A DNA stretch of 64,000 bases from Bugula neritina (Eukaryota; Animalia; Bryozoa), in NCBI GenBank assembly GCA_964035545.1, contig OZ037768.1, positions 2,078,741 through 2,142,740 of the forward strand. The letters are read 5' to 3'. How positions within the stretch are numbered: position 1 is the first letter of the stretch; every line of letters begins with the position of its first letter. A program made the translations under genes and the position numbers. The notes under the pieces are model-generated. The model had not been told where the DNA came from. It ran no database searches and saw only the letters and a program-made list of their open reading frames with translations. Of this stretch, positions 25,996-38,100 are shown piece after piece.

Positions 25996-28900
25996 ATGCC
26001 TCCACCCCCTCCCCCACCTCCGGGACCCCCGCCCCCTCCTGGTCCACCTCCACCTAGTGCCTCTAAGTTTGGTGGGAAGACTGCTAAACCTTCAGGAGGG
26101 GGAGCAGGGCGCGGTGCTCTACTCAGCTCCATTCATCAAGGGGCTAGACTTAAGAAAACAGTAACCAATGACAGAAGTGCTCCTTCAGTTGGTGGTGGTA
26201 GGTCCTAGCCAGCTACTGTTTCTACTTCTCATGTGTTATGCCCGTCAGTTATCACTTGACAGTGCTAATAAACTTTACAGTTGTACCACTACTACTGCTA
26301 TTTCAGTGAAACCATCTCCGGGAGGAGGCGGTGGCGGTGGTGGTGGTGGTAGACCCGGACCCGGTGGTCAGAGTAACGGGGGAGCTGCACCCATGGCGGC
26401 AGCCGGATTAGGCGGCCTCTTCGCTGGAGGGATGCCAAAACTGAGGTCGGCAAACGCCCCGAGAAACACTGGAGGTGAGGAATTGTGGGATTGATGTTTA
26501 GCTTGGGATCCACAAGTCGTCTGCTAGTTTTAGGTTGTGTGTTTAGCAGCAACTAGCGGACCTAGTGCCGTGTCTAATGTAAACCGTTGAGCTCAGGCTA
26601 AACATCTCAACTAGGTTCAGCTCAATGTACTGAGATAATGTGCATTTTATTGTGTAATATTTTCATACTACTCATCTAATGATACTGTAATATATTACTC
26701 TAGTCATATAATGATCCTGTAATATATTACTCTAGTCATATAATGATACTGTAATATATTACTCTAGTCATCTAATGATACTGTAATATATTACTCTAGT
26801 CATATAATGATACTGTAATATATTACTCTAGTCATCTAATGATCCTGTAATATATTACTCTAGTCATCTAATGATACTGTAATATATTACTCTAGTCATC
26901 TAATGATACTGTAATATATTACTCTAGTCATCTAATGACACTGTAATATATTACTCTAGTCATCTAATGATACTGTAATATATTACTCTAGTCATATAAA
27001 GACACTGTAATATATTATTGTCATATAACTGTACAGGAAACAAGGGTCCCCCTCTAAAGCCGCCCGGTATGAAGCCTACTTCGAGCTCCCCGCAGACCAA
27101 CACAAGTAGCCACAGTCCTGCAAACAGACCATCATTCCCCGGTGCGGGCGCCCCGAAGCCATCTCCATTGACTAGTAATAAGCCTAGTACAAATGCCTCA
27201 CTGACTAAACCGGCAGTCAATGACCGCCCGCTGCCGCCTCAGCCAACAGCCAATAGTCATACTCAGGGGCGAGCGCTGCCCCCCACACCAGCAGCAGGGG
27301 GCCCACCTCCTCTCCCTACGAACAGGAAGCCCAATGGCCAGGCAGCACCTCCCCCACCGGCACCAAACACTAAGCCGTCAGCAGGCAGAGTGTCAAGTGG
27401 AATGACTAATAGACCGTTACCCCCTCCCCCTGGTAGGGAGTCCTCGTCAGCCGGCAGCGTACGCAGAGATCATTTGCCACCCCCTCCTCCCAGTAGAGAC
27501 ACACCCCCTCCGCCCCCTCCCAATGGACCAGCGAGTCGCACTCACATCCAGCCAGCAGGTAGAGGCAGCCTCCCTCCCCCTCCCCCTGGCAGAGATCCCG
27601 GCACCGCTATTAGCGCAAAGGGGACAGTTGGAAGAAAATCAGGGGGTCCTCCCCCACCCCCACCTCCAAGGTATGTCACTAATACTTGTGCTTAGAAAGA
27701 GACATTCTAAAGCTTGCTATATGACTAGTTCTCTTCCACTCTTTCATTCATTGCCTGTGTGTGTGTACACCCCTGCAGTATTGTATGTACACCCCTGTAG
27801 CCTGTGTGTAAACCCCTGTAGCCTGTGTGTACACCCTACAGTGAGATAAGTTAGACAACTCCTACCTGCTACTACTATTCGTATTTTAAAACTCACTTGA
27901 AACTTTCTACTGTGAACTGGCAAGAGTAGATCTACATAATATAACGTAGTAGTTGGCCACACAATTAGTGTGTTTAGATGTGTGACCTTCTCATGCACTC
28001 ATCACTCCACAAGATAGTGTGAGATACTGGGTGTCAGTCTACAGTTTGAACTGGTGTCAGTCTAGTGTCTGTACAGCTGGGGCATATCTCACACTACATC
28101 TACACAGCAGACCAGCTAGCCTGGGAACTCTATCACCCACTCACACTGATCTAATACCAGAAAAGTGATTCAATGCATGACTCATGTTTAAGTCATATTA
28201 GGTACAAAAATGTAGAGTTTTGCTTAGCTTGGATTATTAATTCTTGGTTTGACATTTGAGTTAGAATTAAAGGAGCAACTGTGGTTTAGTGGTTAGAGCA
28301 CCAGTTGTCTTAGTAGTCATAAAGTTAGCAGTTAGAATCCCAGTAAAGGCTGTTAGTGATGTTAGGAAGAGCATTCAGTCACAGTTGTTCTCGTGCCACA
28401 TGTGAATAAGTCTTTAAGTCAGGTGTTCTTGTTTTAGTTTGAGTTTATTTAGTTACACGCTTGGTTTGTAGGAGCAGTAATCAACCCCCTCCTCCCCCAT
28501 CAGTACCTAGTAACTCTATGAGGGCTGGCCCGCCCCCTCTCCCGTCTTCAGCTCCTAACCAGGCGCGGAACGGAGTCTTGAGGGATAACAAATCCGGTCC
28601 TCCACCACCACCTCACCGGTTGTCTTCTGCAGGGGGTGGCAGGACTTCAGCAGTCCCGGACCCTACAGGTTGGTAATATTTCCTACAATGTACTCTGCAG
28701 GTAGGTAATATATCCTACAATATACCCTACAGGTTGGTAGTATATCCTACAATATACTCTACAGGTTGGTAATATTTCCTACAATGTACTCTGCAGGTAG
28801 GTAATATATCCTACAATATACTCTACAGATATGTAATATTTCCTACAATATACTCTACAGGTAGGTAATATTTCCTATAATATACTATACAGTTAGGTAA

Positions 28901-30138
28901 TATATCTTACAATATACTATGTACTGTTATATGATTTACTGTTTACCTGGGTTAATAAGATCGTTACAGCTGAGTATCATAGGTATATAATTATCATCCT
29001 GCAAGTGTAACTCTTAATATAAGATGCTAATGGAAATTTATTCTCGTGTGAAAAAGTGGTAAACATCTATTTTAATAGTAACATTATATTGGTTAAAGTG
29101 ATTCGTAACACAGTCTTCTAATAATCACTACACAGCTTTGTTAACCTGTGTAACTTTTTGCGACATTTGTAGACTTAGAGGCAAGATTTTCCTTTCCAAG
29201 TCCCAACGGGTTCCCCAACCCTGAGCCTTTTGCAGGTGGCCCTAAGACTTATCCTAGCAAATCAAAACGAAACACAATGGTACAAGGAAGTGAGTATTTA
29301 GAGTAAATTGCTGCCTTGTTTCAGTGTAAAGATAGAGTGCATGTATTGCCATCACTAGCACAACTAGTAGTATTGAGTGCTGCGTGTACTGCAACTTCCT
29401 TGTTTAGAGGATTGTACTGCAGTTGTGTTTTTAGTTCAGATATCTTCAAAATTTGTTAAAAATGAATAATCTTTGCTGTTTACTTGCTTGAAGTGACAAG
29501 AAATTAGGGCTAAATATATAGCTTAAGGTCATGAACCACTTCTGTATTACACAAGGTGTCCTACTCACCCCTCACACTTGCGTTAGAATGGATTTTTGTC
29601 TTGGGAGTCATCCTCTCATGAAACAAGTAGGCAAGCGTAGTCATACATATAGTTAGCTTAATGGTAGCCTGAACAGAAATATGCCTGTTCCTCAGGAGCT
29701 CATGCATACTGTTTTAGTATGGGAAGAATTGAAATCATAAACAGTTTGTCGCTGGCATTGCTTTGCTCTTTCATTGCAATTCTGCTGGACTTCACCTACA
29801 GTCCAACGAGACTTGGTAAACATTCTGAGTCACCCACTCTCAGTTGAGAACTTGTTCCAAGTTTACCGCTCATCTTTGTGAGATTATTGGATGTATCATA
29901 GCTTAGTGTCAAAAAGATGGTTGGTTTCACCGGAGAAATATTAGCTGATAGTTTGCTAAATAGAAGAAATTTCCTATTTATATAGTTTATAAAATAGATG
30001 CAAGGTCTAGCATTTAGTAAGTGTCCCTAGTCAGTCAGCAAGTGAAAGATGTCCTGTTGGTTTATCTTGCATGTCAGAATTTGATCTGGTAAACTTTTAT
30101 TTATTTTAGGAGGCCTTCCACCGCCACCCCCAAAGTGA
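25996..30138 (+). CDS. WIPF: WAS/WASL-interacting protein (WIP/verprolin family)
   Basis: Exons 25996-26197, 26307-26474, 27037-27670, 28472-28668, 29173-29289, 30110-30138 (TGA). MPPPPPP start, WH2 GRGALLSSIHQGARLKKTVTNDRSAP, GLGGLFAGGMPKLRS, polyproline core and WASP-binding DLEARFSF...PEPF...KTYPSK. Confidence 0.92.
26672..27018. repeat. 32-bp minisatellite, about 11 copies, ending just before a WIP acceptor
   Basis: Unit taatgatactgtaatatattactctagtcatc. Acceptor at 27036. Confidence 0.93.
28272..28410 (+). mobile_element. Degenerate tRNA-derived SINE fragment
   Basis: A-box TGGTTTAGTGG (28282-28292), B-box-like GTTAGAATCC (28331-28340), then aggaagagcattcagtc, which resembles the GGAAGGGCATCCGGC core of MetaSINE-type elements as I recall it. 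Confidence 0.5.
28663..28920. repeat. 32-bp minisatellite, 8 copies, built from the WIP exon-4 donor
   Basis: Unit ctacaggt(t/a)ggtaatat(a/t)tcctacaat(g/a)tact. The first unit contains the real exon end at 28668. Confidence 0.92.
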
Positions 30139-32132
30139 ACACTCATCATCTCATAATATTTATATTTTGACGATATTCAATGTCCAATGAGATAGCAGGA
30201 TTACTGGTCACTGCCATGCGAAGTATAGCCATTGGATATCAAAATCAATATAATAAAAATTTCGGTGCGTTGCTGTGGGGACCCCAGATTGCAGTTTACC
30301 AGTTCCTATCACTGATAGAGACAGCATACCAAGTAGATACTATCTCTGATTAGAGTTGTGTTCACTCTGTACTCTCAACTTGTGCTAACCAACCCAGAGT
30401 ATTCGACACATGCTCAACTTAACTAATATACCCATCTTTAGCCAACCAATATATAGATACTCTATTTTATTCACTTATAGCCATTAGTGTACACTTCACT
30501 AAGATAGTAGTGTTTTTTGTGTCAATTTCTCTAATTATTCATTTCAAATCATGTAATCGAAGTCTATGCATTGCCCATGGCTCGTGTGATACATTATGCC
30601 TGATCACTTTGTAAATTCTAAATATTTTATTTGATTTTTGCTTTGCTTAGATGTGTTGAACTAATTCAATTATCATTTTCAATTATTTAGTAATGCAAAT
30701 ACTGAATGGGTGATATATTTCTTATATATTATATAAAACACAAGTAATGTTACATGTGCACATATAACCACATCCTATATTTTTCTGATTGTATTGTATT
30801 ACTAGTTTCATTTGTTTCCATTTCCATGATAGATAAGGTTAAATTATGCTAATATATAATGTAATAAGCCCCGCTGTTAAGTTATAACTGCATTGCTTAT
30901 TAACTTACAATCTTTCTCCATATACTCCTAGGTTTCTATGCCAACACTATGAAGTAGGTTTACCAAAAATAAAGATTTTATACATATAAATGCTCCGCCC
31001 CAAGTTTATTATATGAAATTAGGAGTTGTCACACTTAAATATACACAAGTTTATTTGTTCGTAGTTTTTGGTGAGCTACATCATATCGGTCTGGTGGCTA
31101 GTGGGTTGACTTAGGTTGAACAGAATACCATGTTTTTAAAGCAACTTATAATATACCCATATATTCATGTGCCAGCTAGTACTATTGAAATCAGAAGAAA
31201 ATATTTCAAAGAATGCAAACCATCATTAGCTATCCAATTATCAACTATGAAATTACTAATAGCTTGCCAAAAAGTGAGTGACATGTGTGCTCAATAGAAC
31301 TTTAGAGTTGTATAACCTGAATGAAACTGATTTATAAATCAAAGTTTAAGGTGTAATTATATAATAAAATATATTTAAAAATGCAGAATATTCTGTATAC
31401 AGTATCATATCTGAAAATTTAATGTAGATGTTACAAAGAAGTTGCCTAGTTAAAGTTGAAAATTAGTTTTAAGTATCAATTTAAAGTCCACAAGAGCTCC
31501 TTGAACGAACTTGTCATATGATTTTAATTTATGTAAAAATATCAAGTCTTGGACATCAACACCCTGCTCAACAAAACTGTGTACTGGCAAGAAAATATTT
31601 ACTCAAGATCTAAAATTGAGATGCATTGTATAAAGTAACATGCAGCATAACATCATGTGAATACACATAAAAGACATTATGACTGCGAATTGGGAATTAT
31701 CACCTCACAGTCAGAGAGATTATGAATACATTATGCATGCCATAACAACAATGTTTTAAAATAAGGGTAGACTTCGCTGAAAAAGACATTTCAAGACACC
31801 AAAAATAATGTTGCACAAGTCCAAGATTGGCAAACTAAAATTTCCAAGGCATCATAAAATAATATTTAAAATGTTAAATATAAATCTATAATTTGATTAA
31901 AATAGACTGTGAATTACAAAATAAAGGAGAGTATGTCAGCTGTGGGTATACTGATCTAAAAAGGCACTATTTATATACTTTGTATTGACACTGGTTACTT
32001 AAACAGTAGGCAAAAAAAATTCTAGTTTTAAAACACTGATAGGTGCTAAAAGAATGACTGGCATTTTTGCAGATAAAAAGTTACTGGACAAAACATGTGC
32101 CTTAGAAAAAAATTCAATAAAATAAGAGAGAA

Positions 32133-35100
32133 TTATGCCATTCCTCCAAGTTTGCCAAATGCGTAAATATGTCGCTTAGTGTCTTGAAAAGAGTGACAGC
32201 TTTTAGAGCATGCTCTGATGACTTTACCCTGCAGCAGCATCTCCGAGTACGTACGTCCCTCAACCCTGTCAGCAGTCACACGGGAGTCCACTAGCCAGCT
32301 GACTATAGCATACCCTGAGAAACAGTCCTGCTTTGAACTAAAACATAACAGTGTGTACATTATAACTTTAAAGTAGTGCGGATAGAATAACTCTAAAGTA
32401 TACAAGTGTGTACAACATATCACACTTGTGTTAAAAGGATTTTATTAGGATATGAAAATATATTCATTTATTTAAAGTTTGAAAGCTACACACTCAACCT
32501 ACAAATTTAAACAGAATAAACTTTTATTGGAATTGCAGTTTTTATTTTTAAAAATAGAAATACCCCAAGCTGCTTTAGTAAATCTGAAATCGTACTAAAC
32601 ACACTGAAAATCTAAATATTTCAGCAAATCTTATAGACACTCCTTACTGCATTACCAAGGAATTGAACAAATATTTATTATACGCGTTGGCTATTTCATT
32701 CCAATAATAATTATTTTGTAAACATCCAACCAACAAAAGTGATGTAATTTTCTGAATTACTTCTTAGTGTACTGTCAGCACCAAAAAAGGAACGTCAGCT
32801 AAAATAGGCCGCTAAATGCACGTAATAAGACTGAGTCCCAACTTACTTGTGTAATCTGGGTAGAGATTGCTGGCAGCTTGCCAAGTGATGCTCTACAAAC
32901 TGTTCACACACTTTCTGGTCGTCTTTAGGGAGAGATTTCACAGACTCAGATTTGTCTTTCCGTCTGAGAATGCTCAGGACACTAGCAACATATTTTAAAC
33001 ATACATTTTAAGTCCGCAGCAAATAAAGAGTTATTTTCAAGCATGAAAACATTTTCCACTTAACATTAAGACATGAACCCTTTTTACTCTAGAATTTCTC
33101 TACAATAGAAGCTTTAAAGAACATAATATAATACATACATATAAGTATTGTAAACTCATAGAACTAACGCTGCATATTCACAATCGTTCTACTGCTCATC
33201 GCTTAAAATCGATACTATATACTCACAATCTTTTCATTGGACTGAGGACGACCTCTGAGTCAAGGCCAAATGTGAGGAATGTGAAGAAACCTTGACCTGT
33301 GTTGAGTACTATGTATATAAACTCGACCTCTACAGACACTGATGTGGTCGTCATGTTGGGGAGAAACAGTTTCCACGTGTAGTACAGGCTCACCTTAAGG
33401 CAGATATAGACCAAACAGCTATAATTGGCAATGAGGAAAATTTTATACTGTAAGCTGATTCTAAACTTTATAAACTTATTTCAAGTGTTACTCTGAAAGT
33501 TATTTGAAAAAAAGCAGTCACTGCTTGTAGAAAACAGATTATAAAGAAAAATAATTTGAAAAAAGTCAGAAATAAAAAACAATTCAAAGCAAAATTGTCA
33601 AAAATAATGCAATAATTAAAATTGTTTAAAAAAGATATTATTTAAACATAATTAGTGTATTAAAGATGTAAATGCATTAGCAAAGCTGGCACAACTGACT
33701 ATTGCAGCAAGGCAAGAATTTAGGTGCTTGCAGCAAATTATGAGAAAGTAACAATAAGAAACGTATTTGTCCTGATGAGAATAATTATTTGACTTGATGT
33801 AAATTTTGTGAGGTTTAAATTTTGGTTTGATTAAACTGAATCATAATTAGTGCCGTTATGCATAGAATTCACCTAAGAAGCAATATCATTTGTTTAGTAG
33901 GAACTCAACATAGTGCAAGTTTCATCAAGTCATTTTTGCAAAGTGATTTCGCACCTTTAATTCAGTTTTTTTTTCAAATTAGAGGTTTCATTTTTGCAGC
34001 ACACATAAGGCACATAACTCTAATCTCTTAGACTGAGTAACAAATATTCATTGTTAGTTGATCAACCTAATGCCTGGCTAAACACAGTATGATGGAAGTA
34101 CAGATGTTTACTCACAATAATCTGACAGAGTAGGAGAATGAAGAGTAACAACACAACTCTACCAATCTGATAGTGACTAGCATACATGCTGTCTTTATTA
34201 GTCTTGTCATATGATTGGAGCAGAATCTGGCACCTGGGTAACATAGTATATAATGTAACATAACATAATATATAATATAACATAACATAATATAACATAT
34301 ATAACATAACATAATATAATATAACATATTATAATATATAAGATAACATAATATAATGTATATAATAATATAATATTGTAAAGCATAATATAACATAAAT
34401 ATTATGTGTAGAAGTAGGTGTAGCTGTAGGTGTGTGTGTTATATGTAAGTTATGTATGTAATTATTATAAAGTAGAAGATAGACAACAATTTAGGGTTTT
34501 GTGATGCTGGTTGGTTTGAATCATTTGTTGAATATTTTACATCAGCATGTGATAAGGAGGGCTACGGGAAGAGTCAATGACAAAGCATTGTAGGTAAAGA
34601 ATGAAAAAGAGGGTACAACTCTCTGTACAAATAAACATTTTCCAGTATGAAATAAATTGTAGCTCATGATCATGTAATCATGCAACATCATTTTATTTTT
34701 ATTGTGCCACATTGTGGGGACTAAACCAACACAACTGTGGTGCCATACTTATTCATTAGTCACAAGCGGTAGACTACAACTATCAAAGTGACAAGCAGCT
34801 AACCGCAGAGAATTGGAGCAAAGAATGCTGATCGATTTTTAGTTTTCCTTAAAAAGAATCTACATCCCAAAGCGTAAGGAAGCAACAAAAGATAATGTAG
34901 AATCAGTCTACATTCTAGAGCCGTATTGCGTAGAGTAAAGACTTAGAATGCAAGATATTAGAAGGTAGCAAAGTCTCCAATGTCTAATGTAGCAATCAAA
35001 AACATACACTGTAATTATTAGAAGGTACACAGGCTAATAATAGGATTGCCAGTATTCATGCAGCTCATTAAAAGTGCAGTGACAGGAGTAGGACCGGTCA

Positions 35101-38100
35101 CATGAGAGGGAAGGAGATAAGGAACTAATCTGATTCGTTACGCGTTTATAATAGATCTGTAAAACAACCACTATTTATTTTCTACAAAATTAGAAAATAC
35201 TTTTCTTCAAATAACAATACTTATTGAACATATCTCAAGTGTTAACACTCCCTGCGCTAATCAGGAAAGACTGTAACCATGTCAACAATAAAACATCAAA
35301 TATCAACTTCACAATGAAATGTTTCACAAGTTCACAGTTAACATTCAGGAGAATGTAATTTAAAGTCTAGCCAGACTTACTGTTCCACTCTCTCACAGTC
35401 CACCTCAGGGGGACACAAGCGCCGCGTGTTCCGATTGTCACCAACAGACGGTGGCGAGTGTGGAATTATGTCTTCAATGTTAGCTAGAGATCCTTTCTGG
35501 CCAGAGCAACTAGCCGAGTGGCACGGTAGACGATCTCCAGCCGCTACGGACAGAAAACAAGACTGTCTTACCTTGCTGTCGGACCACGGCAGCAGTGACA
35601 CGACAAAAGCATATAGTGCTGCCGTATAGTATGAAGCAGTTTATTGTATCAACACACCTCCGTTGCTGCCATCACAGCTACCATAACATCTTGCTGACTG
35701 GGTAGATGAGAGAAGAGACGAAGTAGAGCTAGCCACAGAACCATCATCATCTTCACAGTCTTCAGAACAGAGAGGTTTAGTCTCGGAGTCGGGTTTCTTT
35801 TCAATGGAGGGACTGAGGCTATTTGATTGTCTTTGACGCAATATTAGAGCACAGACTGAGATGACGATGTTTATAACCAGCACAGCCACAGTTGATATCA
35901 TCTACAGTAGAGAGTAAGTGTTATCTACAGTATAGAGTAAGTGATATCTACAGTATATAGTAAGTGATATCTACAGTATAGAGTAAGTGATATCTACAGT
36001 ACAGAGTAAGTGATATCTACAGTACAGAGTAAGTGATATCTACAGTACAGAGTAAGTGATATCTACAGTATAGACTAAGTGATATCTACAATAAACATAT
36101 ACCTACATTTACATGTACGTACAGCGAGTATACACTTACCTGTATGGACAGATAGTAGACACTTACCTGTACGTTACCAAATATGATGAGACCCGCAGCA
36201 GGCTCAGTGGTGAAATAGCCTACAGTGGCTATCATAGTGACTATCAGCATGGGCAGCCTACAACAACCCTGAATATAGATACACTCTGAACAGGTGAGAG
36301 GGCTACAGAGATACTAGTACTATATTATAGCAGTTTGCAGGCCACAATATTTCTCCTCCTTGTAATGAGAATACAGTGTATTGAGTGTACAAGAGTGTGT
36401 ATCATGCAGAGAGTAACAAGTAACTGGACTCAAGTATGGCTTAACGTAGACTCGATATTCTCAAGTATATAACTTGACTGGCAGTATAAAACACAATGTT
36501 CTAGAGGGTTCTATAGAGAACATTAGCTCACCCTAGACCGTAGGAGAGCAGCCAGGGCCTGAGGAAGAGGGCACTGCAGAGACTACGGCAGCTGATGAAG
36601 TAGATGGTAATAGACGTGACCACAGTCATGGCTGACACCCCCAGTACCCCCACACTGTGCAACGCAAACCCCAGATACATCCACCACTGCACGCTGTCAG
36701 AGTGTGATGAGCTGTTTGTGTCATCTATGATGTTGCCTATAGTGATCAGCAGCTGCAAATAGTAAGTATACACTACAGTAAGTACATACTACAGTAAGTA
36801 CATACTACAGTAAGTATATACTACAGTAAGTATATACTACAGTAAGTATATACTACAGTAAGTATATACTACAGTAAGTATATACTACAGTAAGTACATA
36901 ATACAGTAAGTACATACTACAGTAAGTATATACTACAGTAAGTATATACTACAGTAAGTATATACTACAGTAAGTACATACTACAGTAAGTACATACTAC
37001 AGTAAGTATATACTACAGTAAGTATATACTACAGTAAGTACATAATACAGTAAGTATATACTGCAGTAAGTACATAATACAGTAAGTATATACTACAGTA
37101 AGTATATATTACAGTAAGTAGATACTACAGTAAGTATATACTACAGTAAGTACATAATACAGTAAGTATATACTGCAGTAAGTACATAATACAGTAAGTA
37201 TATACTATAGTAAGTACATACTACAGTAAGTAGATACTATAGTACGTATATACTACAGTAAGTACATACTACAGTAAGTATATACTACAGTAAGGATATA
37301 CTACAGTAAGTATATACTACAGTAAGTATATACTACAGTAAGTATATACTGCAGTAAGTACATACTACAGTAAGTATATACTACAGTAAGGATATACTAC
37401 AGTAAGTATATACTACAGTAAGTATATACTACAGTAAGTATATACTACAGTAAGTATATACTACAGTAAGTATATACTGCAGTAAGTACATACTACAGTA
37501 AGTATATACTACAGTAAGGATATACTACAGTAAGTATATACTACAGTAAGTATATACTACAGTAAGTATATACTACAGTAAGTATATACTACAGTAAGTA
37601 TATACTACAGTAAGTACATAATACAGTAAGTATATACTGCAGTAAGTACATAATACAGTAAGTATATACTACAGTAAGTATATATTACAGTAAGTAGATA
37701 CTACAGTAAGTATATACTACAGTAAGTACATAATACAGTAAGTATATACTGCAGTAAGTACATAATACAGTAAGTATATACTATAGTAAGTACATACTAC
37801 AGTAAGTAGATACTATAGTACGTATATACTACAGTAAGTACATACTACAGTAAGTATATACTACAGTAAGGATATACTACAGTAAGTATATACTACAGTA
37901 AGTATATACTACAGTAAGTATATACTGCAGTAAGTACATACTACAGTAAGTATATACTACAGTAAGGATATACTACAGTAAGTATATACTACAGTAAGTA
38001 TATACTACAGTAAGTATATACTACAGTAAGTATATACTACAGTAAGTATATACTGCAGTAAGTACATACTACAGTAAGTATATACTACAGTAAGGATATA

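Noticed and set aside
28272-28350. tRNA gene
   Set aside because: A and B boxes are present, but I cannot fold a convincing cloverleaf or acceptor stem. It is better explained as a SINE head.
35572-35618. Possible GPR155 micro-exon (strong AAG|GTAAG donor at 35571)
   Set aside because: It would leave flanking introns of only about 39 and 28 nt and break the phase.
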